From Mobula hypostoma (taxonomy: Eukaryota): 64,000 nucleotides of DNA. Below are positions 1 through 13,804 of this stretch, piece by piece (the first letter of the stretch is position 1; the number at the start of each line of letters is the position of its first letter). Location of the stretch: NCBI RefSeq assembly GCF_963921235.1, contig NC_086097.1:255256001-255320000 (forward strand), given 5' to 3'. Made by a program: the position numbers and the translations under genes. The notes under the pieces are model-generated. The model searched no databases and was not told the DNA's origin. It saw only the letters and a list, made by a program, of their open reading frames with translations.

Positions 1-583
1 TATGATGAGGTTGTATAAGGCATTGGTGAGGCCGAATCTGGAGTATTGTGTTCAGTTTTGGTCACCAAATTACAGGAAGGATATAAATAAGGTTGAAAGA
101 GTGCAAAGAAGGTTTACAAGGTGTTGCCGGGACTTTAAACTCAGTTACAGAGAAAGGTTGAATAGGTTAGGACTTTATTCCCTGGAGCGTAGAAGAATGA
201 GGGGAGATTTGGTAGAGGTATATAAAATTATGATGGGTATAGATAGAGTGAATGCAAGCAGGCTTTTTCCACTGAGGCGGGGGAGAAAAAAACTAGCGGA
301 CATAGGTTAAGGGTGAGGGGGGGAAAAGTTTAAAGGGAACTTTAGTCGGGGCTTCTTTACACAGAGAGTGGTTGGAGTATGGAATGAGCTGCCAGACGAG
401 GTGGTAAATGCGGGTTCTTTTTTAACATTTAAGAATAAGTTGGACAGATACACGGATGGGAGGTGTATGGAGGGATATGGTCTGTGTGCAGGTCAGTGGG
501 ACTAGGCAGAAAATGGTTCGTCACAGCCAAAAAGGGCCAAAAGGCCTGTTTCTGTGCTGTAGTTTTTCTATGGTTTCTATTCT
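1..583 (+). mobile_element. CR1 LINE 3' end (subfamily A)
   Basis: ORF2 C-terminal motifs LYKALVRPNLEYCVQFWSP and RRRMRGDL; 3' UTR with a TTCTATGG-like tail near 560-583. Confidence 0.9.
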
Positions 584-585
584 CT

Positions 586-1325
586 AAATAGGGAGAAAAT
601 TCAAATGTCAGAGGTGCAAAGGGACCCTGGAGTCCTCGTGCAAGACTCCCAGAAGGTTGACTTGCAGACTGAGTCTGTGGTAAAGGTGGCAAATACAATG
701 TTAGCATTTATTTCAAGGGATCAAAGCAAGGAAGTATTGCTGAGCCTTTGTAAGACACAGGTCAGGCTGCACTTGAAGTATTGTCAACAGTTTTGGGCTC
801 CTTATCTCAAAGGATGTGTTGTCATTGCAGAGAGTCCAGACGAGGTTCACGAGATTGATTCCAGGAATCAAGGGGTTAACAAGTGAGGAGTGTTTAGCTG
901 CTTTGAGCCTGTACTCACTGGAACATAGAAAAATGCTGGGGGATCTCATTGAAATCTACCGAATGTTGAAAGGACTAGATAAGGTGGATGTGGAGAGGTT
1001 GTTTCCTATGGTGGGGGCATCCAAGTCTAGAGGGAACAGCCTCGAAATTGAAGGATGACCTTTTAGGACAGAAGTAAGGATTTTTTTTTGCCAGAGAGTA
1101 GTGAACCTGTGGAATGCTCTGCCACAGACTGCAGTGGAGGGCAAGTCCGTGAGTATATTTAAAACAGCAGTTGATAGTTTCCTGGTTAATCAGGGCATCA
1201 AAGAATATGGCAAGAAGGCAGGAGTATGGGTTGAGTGGGATCCAGGATCAGCCATGATGGAACAGCGGAGAAGACTTGATGAGCTGATATGGCCTAATTC
1301 TGCTCCTATGTCTTATGGTCTAAGG
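586..1325 (+). mobile_element. 5'-truncated, degraded CR1 LINE
   Basis: Frameshifted ORF2 C-terminus (605-886, 816-1058, 1101-1331); TCTTATGG tail near 1311. Confidence 0.85.
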
Positions 1326-2925
1326 GTGTGAGGCAGAAGAAAGGAAACTATAGACCAGTTAGTCTGACTTCAGTGGTCGGGAAGATGTTGGACTTGATTA
1401 TAAAGGATGAGGTCTCGGGGTACCTGGAGGCATGTGATAAAAGAGGCCGAAGTCAGCATCGTTTCCTCGAGGGAAAATTTTGCCTGCCATATCTGTTGGA
1501 ATTCTTTGAAGAAACACCAAGCAGGATAGACGAAGGAGAATTGCCTGATATTGTGAACTTGGATTTTCAGAACGCCTTTGACAAAGTGCCACACATGAGG
1601 CTGCTTAACAAGCTATGAGCCCATGGTAATACAGGAAAGATTCTAGCATGGATAAAACAGTGGCTGATTGGCAGAAGGGATAGAATGTGAGTAAAGGGAA
1701 CCTTTTCTGGTTTGCTGCTGGTGACTAGTGGTATTCCATGGGGGACTGTGCTGGGACTGACTCTTTTTATGTTATATGTCAATGATTTGGATGATGGCTT
1801 TGTTGCAAAGTTTGCAGACGATATGAAGACAGGTGGAAGGACAGGTAGTTTTGAGGATGTAGGGAGGTTAGGAGACGGATTAGGAAAATGGGCAAAGAAA
1901 TAGCAGATGGAATACAGTTTCAGGAAGTGTGTGGTCATACACTTCTGTGGAAGAAATAAAGGGGTTGACTATTTTCTAAATTGAGAGAAAATGCAAAAAG
2001 CAAGGGTTCAAAGTACGAACGAGTCCTTGTGCAGGATTCCCTGAAGGTTAATTTGCAGGGAGAGTCTCTGGTAAGGAAGGCAAATCTGATGTTTACATTA
2101 TTTTCAAGAGGACCACAATTTAAAAGCAAGGATGTAATGTTGAGACTTTATAAAGTACTGGAGAAGCCTCACTTGGAGTATTGTGAGCAGTTTTGGGTCT
2201 TTATCTTGGAAAGGATGCTCAGACACTGGAGAGGGCTTAAAGGAGGTTCATGAAAATGATACAGTCAATAGCTTGGGCTAAGGCCCTTTATCAGAACTGG
2301 AAAACAGTTCTGTTGAAGGGTCTCAGCTGAAACATCAACTGTACTCTTTTCCATAGATGCTGCCTGGCCTCCTGAGTTCTTCAAGCATTTTGTGTGTTTT
2401 GCTTGGATTTCCAGCATCTGCAGATCATCCGTTGTTCAAAAAAATGATTCCAGGATTCAATAGTTTGTCATACGAAGAGCATTTGATGACTCTGGGCCTG
2501 TATTCACTAGAATTCAGAAGAATGAGAAGTGACCTCATTGATATCTATCGAATGGTGAAAGGCCTTGATAGAATGGATATGGAGAGGATGTTTCCTGTGG
2601 TGGGAGAGTCTAAGACCAGAAGAGACAGCCTCAGAATAGAGGAGTATTGTTTTAGAATGGAGAAGAGGAGGATTTTCTTCAGACAGGGAGTGGTGAATCT
2701 GTGGAATTCTTTGCGACAGGCAACTGTAGAGGCCTAGTCTTTATGTATATTTAAGGCAAAGGCTGATAGATTATTAATTGATCAGGGCATGAAGGGTTAC
2801 AAGGAGAAGGCAAGAGATGGGGGAACCCTCATCGTGGATCAGCCATGATGAAATGGCGGAGCAGACTTGATGGTCAAAATGGCCTAATTCTATTCCTATA
2901 TCTTATAATATTATCTTATGGTCTT
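1326..2925 (+). mobile_element. Degraded CR1 LINE (RT to 3' UTR), interrupted at 2261-2433
   Basis: NYRPVSLTSVVGK, AFDKVPH and FADD RT motifs in broken frames; TCTTATGG tail near 2905-2925. Confidence 0.85.
2261..2433 (+). mobile_element. Short Penelope-like insertion with inverted 5' end and hammerhead-like motif
   Basis: Flanked by gttcatgaaaatgat (2246-2260) and gttcaaaaaaatgat (2434-2448); inverted arms around 2300; AGTT-CTGTTGA-AGGGTCTCAGCT-GAAAC-ATC-AACT at 2306-2340. Confidence 0.7.
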
Positions 2926-3127
2926 GTACCACGGAAGGAAATGCAGTATTTTAGATTGAAAGAAATGCAGTGAATCATTGTGTCAACTGGAAAGATAGTT
3001 TTAATCCCTAGATGGTAGGATTGGAAGATGTAAAAGGACAGGAGCTGAATTTCCTGTGGTTGGCCAGCTTTCTCCTTTCTGGACACACTGCTGCCCTCTG
3101 GAATCAGTACTGGAGTCAGTAAGTTCA

Positions 3128-3275
3128 CTGGGTAGCATGGTAGTATAACGTTTTACAGCACCAGCACCCCACCTGCAACTCCCATTGCCAGTAAAAAGTT
3201 TGTATGCTCTCCCCGTGACTGCATAGATTTCCTCTGGGTGCTCTAGTTCCTCCCTCATTCTAAAGATATCATACG
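3128..3275 (+). mobile_element. Degraded tRNA-derived V-SINE (HE1-like)
   Basis: A-box-like ggtagcatggtag head and V-domain-like tttcctctgggtgctctagttcctccc...ctaaaga. Confidence 0.55.
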
Positions 3276-3720
3276 GTGTAAATGGATAGTGCTGCTCCCT
3301 GGGCCAAGCCTGATGGTTCTAGAGATAAAATATAAAAGTTCAGCTAATTGTTTTCTCTGTTTGTATCAGATTGTTGGTTCTGTGACCAAGGGCCCATCTC
3401 TAATATTAAATCAGATTTTCTCTCTCCACTAACACTGCTAGGTCTTCTAACTACTTCCCACATCTCCAAACTGCATTTCACAGCTGTCTCTAAATACCCT
3501 GATCCATTGAACAACCTGTGCCTTTATCAACAGTTTATCATCACCAATCACTAGAAATGCTCCCTTTGTTCCAGCCCTCCTACCCTTCCCCAACCCTTCT
3601 ATAACCAGCACCTATTTCCCCTCTCTCAGTTCTGACTGGAAATATTATCCATTTCATTTTCACAGATTATATCTGACCTGTTATTTCTTCTGCATCTTCA
3701 GTTTGTTAAACCTTTCCTAC

Positions 3721-4310
3721 ATAGATAGATAGATAGATATACTTTATTAATCCCGAGGGAAATTTGGTTTCGTTACAGCCGCACCAACCAAGAATAGAGC
3801 GTAAATATAGCAATACAAAAAACCCCAACAATCAAACACCAAAACGCAAACTATGCCAGATGGAAAATAAGTCCAGGATAAGTCTATCGGCTCAGGGTGT
3901 CTGACCCTCCACAGGAGGAGCTGCACGTTCGATGGCCACAGGCAGGAACGACCTCCCGTGCCGCCAAGTGTTGTATCATGATGGAATGTGGCCGAAGTCC
4001 AACAGTAAAAAGTTCAATATCCAGTCTGCAAACACGTTCCTCGACCGTAATATGCCCCAGATTGCACCATCTGTTGTTAGCCAGAACAGTAAGCACCCAA
4101 CTCCTTTACGCTTACTGCTCTCAGTGCGCTTCCTGTCAGCTGGAACGGTATTACCCACAGAACTCCTCTTCTCCAAAAGTCTCTGTTGTCTCGACCCATT
4201 CCTCTTTTCTCGGCTTTCTGATCCCCCTCTGTGTGTTTCCCTTCATATTTCAGCAGGGGTGTCCACCGCTCTGTTCGCTAAGCCGACCGGTATTTGCTGG
4301 TCCGTGAAAT
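3721..4310 (-). mobile_element. Rex1/Babar-type LINE 3' fragment with (TATC)n tail
   Basis: Minus strand ends in AATAAA followed by (TATC)n; C-terminal ORF remnant RHGRSFLPVAI resembles the Rex/Babar ORF2 end. Confidence 0.55.
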
Positions 4311-4394
4311 ACATCTGACAATTTATGGCTTTTCATAGAATCTCACCTGTCCACATCTAGGCACTTAAAGCCTTTCATTATCATCTCTGTACCT

Positions 4395-4865
4395 CTAGAA
4401 ACATAGAATACCTACAGCACAATACATCCACCTGCTTTCCAATACATCCAGCACATTCCACACTTTCGCAACCTTCTGGGTGATGAAGTATGCTCTCGTT
4501 CTCCCCTTGTACATTTCAACTTCCACCCTTAACTGATGATCTCGAACTGAAATCCCACCCAAATTCAGTTGGAAAAAGCTCCCATCAGCTACCTTATTTT
4601 TTTGCACACTAGCTGATTGCCAAGATGGTTTGGTCTTTCATTGATTCAATTATGGTCATTGGATTTATTGAGTATGCCAACAAGAAAACGAATCTTGGGA
4701 TTGTATAGGGTGACAAATATGTACGTTGATAAATTTATTTTGATCTTTATACTCTGCAAAACTTTGTAAACCTCCAGTTAATCTCCCCTCAATCTGCAAC
4801 ATTATTGGCATGCAGCACTAATTTATTCAACCTTTCCCAATAACTCACACCATACTCTCAACATC
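4395..4865 (-). mobile_element. Old degraded CR1 3' fragment, with a Rex-type 3' UTR piece at about 4600-4750
   Basis: Translation YFITQKVAKVWNVL matches CR1 FFTQRVVxVWNxL; tail-like ctagaaacatagaatac at 4396-4412. Confidence 0.5.
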
Positions 4866-6846
4866 CTGAGTGATTCTCATTCCCCAATCTCACCACCCTC
4901 TGATGCTTGGTCCACACCCTCACCATACATCTGAGTGATGTTCATTCCACTCCACACTCTCACCACTCTCTGAACGATGTTCATTCCACACTCTCGCCAC
5001 TCTGAGTGATGTTCACTCCACACTCACCACTCTGAGTGATGTTCACTCCACACTCTCACCACTCTCTGAGTGATATTCATTCCACACTCACCACTCTCTG
5101 AGTGATATTCATTCCACTTTCACCACTCTCTGAGTGATGTTCATTCCACTCTCACCACTCTCTGAGTGATGTTCACTCCACGCTCTCACCACTCTCTGAG
5201 TGATGTTCACTCCACGCTCTCACCACTCTCTGAGTGATGTTCACTCCACACTCTCACCACTCTGAGTGATGTTCATTCCACACTCTCACCACTCTCTGAG
5301 TGATGTTCATTCCACACTCACCACTCTCTGAGTGATGTTCATTCCACACTCTCACCACTCTGAGTGATGTTCATTCCACACTCTCACCACTCTGAGTGAT
5401 GTTCATTCCACACTCTCACCACTCTGAGTGATGTTCATTCCACACTCTCACCACTCTGAGTGATGTTCATTCCACTCTCATCACTCTCTGAGTGATGTTC
5501 ATTCCACATTCTCACCACTCTGAGTGAAGTTCATTCCACGCTCTCACCACTCTCTGAGTGATGTTCATTCCACATTCTCACCACTCTGAGTGAAGTTCAT
5601 TCCACACTCTCACCAGTCTCTGAGTGATATTAATTCCACACTCACCACTTTCTGAGTGATGTTCATTCCACTCTCACCACTCTCTGAGCGATTTTCATTC
5701 CACATTCTCACCACTCTGAGCGATGTTCATTCCACACTCTCACCACTCTCTGAGTGATGCTCATTCCACTCTCACCAGTCTCTGAGTGATGTTCATTCCA
5801 CATTCTCACCACTCTGAGTGAAGTTCATTCCACTCTCACCAGTCTCTGAGTGATATTCATTCCACACTCACCACTTTCTGAGTGATGTTCATTCCACGCT
5901 CTGACCACTCTCTGAGTGATGTTCATTCCACGCTCTCACCACTCTCTGAGTGATGTTCATTCCACATTCTCACCACTCTGAGTGAAGTTCATTCCACTCT
6001 CACAACTCTCTGAGTGATGTTCATTCCACTCTCACCACTCTCTGAGTGATGTTCATTCAACGCTCTCACCACTCTCTGAGTGATGTTCATTCGACGCTCT
6101 CACCACTCTCTGAGTGATGTTCACTCCACACTCTCACCACTCTCTGAGTGATGTTCACTCCACGCCCTCACCACTCTGAGTGATGTTTATTCGACGCTCT
6201 CACCACTCTCTGAGTGATGTTCACTCCACACTCTCACCACTCTCTGAGTGATGTTCACTCCACGCCCTCACCACTCTGAGCGATGTTCATTCCACGCTCT
6301 CACCACTCTCTGAGCGATGTTCATTCCACACTCTCACCACTCTCTGAGCGATGTTCATTCCACACTTTCACCGCTCTCTGAGCGATGTTCATTCCACACT
6401 TTCACCACTCTGAGTGATGTTCATTCCACGCTCTCACCACTCTCTGAGTGATGCTCATTCCACGCTCTCACCACTCTCTGAGTGATGTTCATTCCACGCT
6501 CTCACCACTCTCTGAGTGATGTTCATTCCACGCTCTGACCACTCTGAGTGATGTTCATTCCACGCTCTGACCACTCTGAGTGATGTTCATTCCACGCTCT
6601 CACCACTCTGAGTGATGTTCATTCCACACTCACCACTCTCTGAGTGATGTTCATTCCACACTCTCACCACTCTCTGAGTGATGTTCATTCCACGCTCTCA
6701 CCAGTCTCTGAGTGATGTTCACTCCACGCTCTCACCAGTCTCTGAGTGATGTTCATTCCACTCTCTCACCACTCTCTGAGTGATGTTCACTCCACACTCT
6801 CACCGCTCTGAGTGATGTTCATTCCACACTCTCACTACTCTCTGAG
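4865..6846. repeat. Minisatellite, roughly 60 units of 30-34 bp, consensus ACCACTCTCTGAGTGATGTTCATTCCACACTCTC
   Basis: Directly visible tandem array; unit length varies by 2-nt CT/CA indels; degenerate at the left edge. Confidence 0.97.
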
Positions 6847-7094
6847 CATGTATGGACCAGATACATATCAAAGTCTAGCCTTCATAGTTCTGTCAAATAC
6901 CCCAATGCAGATGCAGGAAGGGTTTACAAAGAGAAAAATATGCTGTAAGAATGTACAATCTTCCAATCTGTGTGCTAGCCCTAAAGAAAAGTTCTCCCAT
7001 GTGCAACGCATTAAACACTCATGGGAAAACACAACTTGAGTTCAATACACAGAGGTATTTCACATGTTCTGTCCAATCAAGGGAATACAAAGAG

Positions 7095-7609
7095 GGAGGT
7101 GAGGGAGTACAAAGAAGGTTCACCAGATTGATTCCTGGGATGGCAGGAGTTTCATATGATGAAAGATTGGATCGGCTAGGCTTATACTCGTTGGAATTTA
7201 GAAGACTGAGGGGGGATCTTATTGAAACATATAAAATCCTAAAGGGATTGGACAGGCTAGATACAGGAAGATTGTTCCCGATGTTGGGGAAGTCCAGAAC
7301 GAGGGGTCACAGTTTGAGGATAAAGGGGAAGCCTTTTAGGACCGAGATTAGGAAAAACTTCTTCACACAGAGAGTGGTGAATCTGTGGAATTCTCTGCCA
7401 CAGGAAACAGTTCAGGCCAGTTCATTGGCTATGTTTAGGAGGGAGTTAGATATGGCCCTTGTGGTTAAAGGGATCAGGGGGTATGGAGGGAAGGCTGGTA
7501 CAGGTTTCTGAGTTGGATGATCAGCCATGATCGTACTAAATGGCAGTGCAGGCTCAAAGGGCCGAATGGCCTACTCCTGCACATATTTTCTATGTTTCTA
7601 TGTTTCTAT
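7095..7609 (+). mobile_element. CR1 LINE 3' fragment (subfamily B)
   Basis: EGVQRRFTRLIPGMAG...GYGGKAGTGF; (TTTCTATG)n tail at about 7588-7609. Confidence 0.92.
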
Positions 7610-7921
7610 CAAACATTGCCAGGATTGGTAAAGCATAGCTTAACATAAAACATAACACTTCGGAGGCAGTGGTCATGAAATGTTGAATTCAACTTGAAAT
7701 TTGATAGGGAGAAAGTAAAGTCTGACATGTAAGTACTTCAGTCGAGTAAAAGAATTTACAGTGGTTTGACAGAGGAGTTACGTAGAAACAGAGCAACATA
7801 GAACTCTACAGCACATTACAGGTCTTTCGGCCCACAATGTTTTGCTGACCATTAACCTACTGTAGAAACTGCCTAGAATTTCCAAACTGTATAGCCCTCT
7901 ATTTATATAAATCTCCATGTA

Positions 7922-10905
7922 GAACTATAGAACATTACAGCACAGAAACAGGCACTTTGGCCCTTCTTGGCTGTGCCGAACCATTTTTCTGCCTAGTCCC
8001 ACTGACCTGCACCTGACCATATCCCTCCATACACCTGTCTTCCATGTACCTGTCCAAGTTTTTCTTAAATATTAAAAGTGAGCCCACATTTACCACTTCA
8101 ACTGGCAGCTCATTCCATACTCCCACCACTCTGTGTGCGAAGAAGCCCCCCACTAATATTCCGTTTAAACATTTCCCCCTTCACCCTTAACCCATGTCCT
8201 CTGGTTTTTTTTCTCCCCTAGCCTCTGTGGAAAAAGCCTGCTTGCATTCACTCTCTCTATACCCATCATAATTTTATATACCTCTATCAAATCTCCCCTC
8301 ATTCTTCTACGCTCCAGGGAATAAAGTCCCAACCTATTCAACCTTTCTCTGTAACTGAGTTTCTCAAGTCCTGGCAACATCCTTGTAAACCTTCTCTGCG
8401 CTCTTTCAACCTTATTTATATCCTTCCTGTAATTTGGTGACCAAAACTGCACACAATACTCCAAATTGGGCCTCACCAATGCCTTATACAACCTCATCAT
8501 AACATTCCAGCTCTTATACTCAATACTACGATTAATAAAGGCCAATGTACCAAAAGCTCTCTTTACGACCCTATCTACTTGTGATGCCACTTTTAGGGAA
8601 TTGTGTATCTGTATTCCCAGATCCCTCTGTTCCACTGCACTCCTTAGTGCCCTACCACTTACCCTGTATGTTCTACCTTGGTTTGTCCTTCCAAAGTGCA
8701 ATACCTCACACTTAACTGTATTAAATTCCATCTGCCATTTTTCAGCCCATTTTCCCAGCTGGTCCAAATCCCTCTGCAAGCTTTGAAAACCTTCCTCACT
8801 GTCCACTACACCTCCAATCTTTGTATCATCAGCAAATTTGCTGATCCAATTTATTGCATTATCATCCAGATCATTGAAATAGATGACAAATAACAATGGA
8901 CCCAGCACTGATCCCTGTGGCACATCACTAGTCACAGGCCTCCACTCAGAGAAGCAATCCTCCACTACAACTCTCTGGCTTCTACCATTGAGCCAATGTC
9001 TAATCCAATTTACCACCTCTCCACGTATACCTAGCAACTGAATTTTCCTAACTAACCTCCCATGCGGGACCTTGTCAAAGGCCTTACTGAAGTCCATGTA
9101 GACAACATCCACTGCATCCACTTTCCTGGTAACCTCCTCGAAAAACTCCAATAGATTGGTCAAACATGACCTACCACGCACAAAGCCATGTTGACTCTCC
9201 CTAATAAGTCCCTGTCTATCCAAATGCTTGTAGATTCTGTCTCTTAGTACTCCCTCCAATAACTTACCTACTACCGACATCAAATTTACTGGCCTATAAT
9301 TTCCCGGATTAATTTTAGAGCCTTTTGTAAACAATGGAACAACATGAGCCACTCTCCAATCCTCCGGCACCTCACCTGTAGACAGCGACATTTTAAATAT
9401 TTCTGCCAGGGCCCCCGCAATTTCAACACTACTCTCCTTCAAGGTCTGAGGGAATACCCCGTCAGGTCCTAGGGATTTATCTATTCTGATTTGCCTCAAG
9501 ATAGGAAGCACCTCCTCCTCCTCAATCTGTATAGGTTCCATGACCTCACTAGTTGTTTGCCTTATTTCCATCGACTCCATGCCAGTTTCCTTAGTAAATA
9601 CAAATGCAAAAAACCTATTTAAGATCTCCTCCATTTCTTTTGGTTCCATACTTAGCCGACCACTCTGATCTTCAAGAGGACCAATTTTATCCCTTACTAT
9701 CCTTTTGCTCTTAATATACCAGTAGAAGCTCTTTGTATTATCCTTCACTTTGACTGCCAAAGCAACCTCATGTCTTCTTTTAGCCCTCCTGATTTCTCTC
9801 AAGTATTTTTTTGCACTTTTTATACTCAAGCAGCTTATTTGTTTCCTGTTTCCTATATATATCATACATCTCTCTCTTCTTTATCAGAGTTCCATTATCC
9901 CTTGAGAACCAAGGTTTCTTATTCTTATTCACTGTACCTTTAATCCTGACAGGAACATACAAACTCTGCACTCTCAAAATTTCTCCTTTGAAGGCTTCCC
10001 TCTTACCAATCACATCCTTGCCAGAGAACAACCTGTCCCAATCCACGCTTTTTAGAACCTTTCTCATTTCTTCAAATTTGGCCTTCTTCCAGCTTAGAAC
10101 CTCAACCCTAGGACCAGATTTATCTTTATCAGTGATCAAGTTGAAACTAATGGTGTTATGATCACTGGAACCAAAGTGCTCCCCTACACACACTTCCGTC
10201 ACTTGTCCTAATTCGTTTCCTAATAGGAGATCTGATATTGCATCCCCTCTAGTTGGTACCTCTATATATTGATTTAGAAAACTTTCTTGAACACATTTTA
10301 CAAACTCTAGCCCATCCAGACCTTTAATAGTATGGGAGTCCCAATCAATATGTAGAAAATGAAAATCCCCTACTATCACAACTTTGTTTCCTGCAGTTGT
10401 CTGCTATCTCTCTGCAGATTTGCTCCTCCAATTCTTGCTGACTATTGGGTGGTCTATAATACAACCCCATTAATATGGTCATACCTTTCCTGTTTCTCAG
10501 CTCCACCCATAAGGACTCAGTAGACAAGCCCTCTAATCTGTCCTGCCTGAGCACTGCTGTAATATTTTCCCTGACAAGCAATGCCACCCGCCCCCCCCCC
10601 CACCTTTCATTCCTCTGCCTCTATCACATCTGAAACATCGGAACCCTGGAATATTAAGCTGCCAGTCCTGCCCCTCCTATAGCCAAGTTTCACTAATGGC
10701 AATAATGTCGTAATTCCATGTGTCAATCCACGCCCTCAGCTCGTCAGCCTTCCCCACAATACTCCTTGCATTGAAATAGACAAACCTCAGAAGATTATTA
10801 CCACCACACACAACCCTTCTGTTTGTGACATTGCATGAACTTTTAACATCATTTATTTTCACCCCCCGCTCCACTATCTGCTCTGGCACTCTGGTTCCCA
10901 TCCCT
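7922..10905 (-). mobile_element. CR1 LINE (subfamily A), nearly complete ORF2 (APE endonuclease + RT) with frameshifts
   Basis: YFNARSI, ISETWL, YRPPNS, GDF and SDHN endonuclease motifs (10830-9780); 566-aa RT ORF 9865-8165 with PQGSVLGP and FADD; tail at 7922-7935. Confidence 0.95.
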
Positions 10906-12578
10906 CTATCTACGAGTCTCTTAAAAAAAACCCTATTGTATCCGCCTCTACCACCCTCACTGGCAGTCCATTCTGCACACCAACCACTCTCTGTCCCTCT
11001 GACATCTCCCTTGTACCCACTTCCAAATACCTTAAAATTATGCTCCCTCGTGTTAGCCCTGGGAAAAAGCCTCTGGATATCCACATGATCAATACCTCTC
11101 ATCATCTTATACACCTTTATCAGGTCACTTCTCATCCTCCGTCGCTCCAAGCAGAAAAGGCCAAGTTCACTCAGCCTGTTCTCATAAGGCATGCTCCCCA
11201 ATCCAGGCAGCATTCTTGTCAATCTCCTCTGCGCTTCATCTATAGTATCAACATCACCGGACCAGAGTTGGCCAAAGTAACTTGGAAGGAGATGCTGGCA
11301 GGGATGACAGCAGAGCAGCAATGGCTTGAGTTTCTGGGAAGGTGCAGGATAGATGTATTATAAAAACAAAGAAATACTCAAATGGAAAAATAGTACAACC
11401 TTGGCTGACAAGGGAAGTCAAATCTAATGTAAAAGCAAAAGAGACGGCATACGATAAAGCAATAGGTAGGGGGAAGACAGGATTGGGAAACTCTTAAAAC
11501 CCTACAGAGAGCAACTAAAAGAATCATTAGGAAGGAAAAGATAAAATATGAAAGCAAGCTAGCAAACAATATCAAAGTGGATAGTAAAAGCTTTTTCAAG
11601 TATGTAAAAAATAAAACAGGTGAAAGTGGATACGGGACCACTAGAAAATGAGGCTGGAGAAATAATAATGAGGTCCAAGGAGATGGCAGATGAACTAAAT
11701 GAGAATTTTGTGTCAGTCTTCACTGTGGAAGACATTAGCACTGTGCCAGATGTCACAGTGAAGGTGTGAGGGAAGAGAAGTGAGTGCAGTTGCTATTACA
11801 AGGGAGAAGGTGCTGAAAAAACTGGAAGACCTAAGGGTACGTAAGTCACCTAGACCAGATGAACTGCACCCTAGGGTTCTGAAAGAGGCGGTGGTAGAGA
11901 TTGTAGATGCTTTGGTAATGATCTTTCAAAAATCATTGGTTTCTGGAATTTTACCGGTGGACTGGAAAATTGGAAATGTCAGTCCACTCTTTAAAAAAGG
12001 AGGAAGGTAGATGAAAGGAAATTATAGACCAGTTAGCAGGACCTCAGTGGTTGGGAAGATGTTGGAGTCAATTGTTAAGGATGAGGTGATGGAGTACTTG
12101 GTGACACAGGACAAGATAGGACAAAGTCAGTATGGTTTCCTTCACGGAAAATCCTGCCTGATGAACCGGTTGGAATTCTTTGAGGAGATTACAAGTAGGC
12201 TAGACAAGGGAGATGCAGTGGATGTTGTATATTTGGATTTTCAGAAGGCCTTTGACAAGGTGCCACACATGAGACTGCTTACCAAGTTAAGAGCCCATGG
12301 TATTACAGGAAAGTTACTAACATGGTTAGAACACTGGCTGAATGGTAGGAAGCAGTGAGTGTGAATAATCCTTTTCTGATTGGCTGCCAGTGACTAGTAG
12401 TGCTCCACACGGATTAGTGTTGGGACTGCTTTTTATGCTGTATAGCAATGATTTAAATGATGAAATAGATGGCTTTCTTGCCAAGCTTGCAGGTGATATG
12501 AAGATTGGTGGAGGGGCAGGTAGTATTGAGGAAACAGATGGGCTGCAGATTAGAAGAATTGGCATGAGAGTTGCATAT
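10906..12578. mobile_element. Degraded CR1 fragments (minus 10906-11245, plus about 11255-12575)
   Basis: YENRLSELGL...RLFPRA on minus; broken RT frames 11780-12358 and 12390-12570 on plus. Confidence 0.8.
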
Positions 12579-12579
12579 A

Positions 12580-13803
12580 GGAACATAGAAAATAGGTGCA
12601 GGAGTAGGCCATTCGGCCCTTCGAGCCTGCACCGCCATTCAGTACGATCATGGCTGATCATCCAATTCAGAACCCTGTACCTGCCTTCTCTCCATACCCC
12701 CTGATCCCTTTAGCCACAAGGGCCATATCTAACTCCCTCTTAAATATAGCCAATGAACTAGCCTCAACTGTTTCCTGTGGCAGAGAATTCCACAGATTCA
12801 CCACTCTCTGCGTGAAGAAGTTTTTCCTCATCTCGGTCCTAAAAGGCTTCCCCTCTATCCTCAAATTGTGACCCCTCATTCTGGACTTCCCCAACATCGG
12901 GAACAATCTTCCTGTATCTAGCCTGTCCAAACCCTTTAGGATTTTGTACGTTTCAATAAGATCCCCCCTCAATCTTCTAAATTCCAACGAGTATAAGCCT
13001 AGTCGATCCAGTCTTTCATCATATGAAAGTCCTGCCATCCCAGGAATCAATCTGGTGAACCTTCTTTGTACTCCCTCTATGGCAAGGATGTCTTTCCTCA
13101 GATTAAGGGACCAAAACTGCACACAATACTCCAGGTGTGGTCTCACCAAGGCCTTGTACAACTGCAGTAGTACCTCCCTGTTCCTGTACTCGAATCCTCT
13201 TGCTACGAATGCCAGCATACCATTCGCCTTTTTCACCGCCTGCTGTACCTGCATGCCCACTTTCAATGACTGGTGTACAATAACACCCAGGTCTCGTTGC
13301 ACTTCCCCTTTTCCTAATCGGCCACTGTTCAGATAATAATCTGTTTTCTTGCTTTTGCCACCAAAGTGGATAACCTCTCATTTATCCACATTAAATTGCA
13401 TCTGCCATGAATTTGCCCACTCACCTAACCTATCCAAGTCACCCTGCATCCTCTTAGCGTCCTCCTCACAGCTAACACTGCCGCCCAGCTTCGTGTCATC
13501 CGCAAACTTGGAGATGCTGCATTTCATTCCTTCGTCTAAGTCATTAATATATATTGTAAACAACTGGGGTCCCAGCACTGAGCCTCGCGGTACCCCACTA
13601 GTCACTGTCTGCCATTCGGAAAAGGTCCCGTTTATTGCCACTCTTTGCTTCCTGTCTGCTAACCAATTCTCTATCCACATCAATACCATACCCCCAATAC
13701 CGTGTGCTTTAAGTTTGCACACTAATCTCCTGTGTGGGACCTTGTCAAAAACCTTCTGAAAATCCAAATATACCACATCCACTGGTTCTCCCCTATCCAC
13801 TCT
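12580..13803 (-). mobile_element. 5'-truncated CR1 LINE (subfamily B)
   Basis: ORFs 13839-13378 and 13302-12667 are near-identical to the CR1 ORF at 28848-29903; tail at about 12580. Confidence 0.93.
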
Positions 13804-13804
13804 A

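Noticed and set aside
4865..6846. Possible CRISPR array (repeats of about 32 bp)
   Set aside because: Units are directly abutting with no unique spacers, there are no cas genes, and the context is vertebrate.
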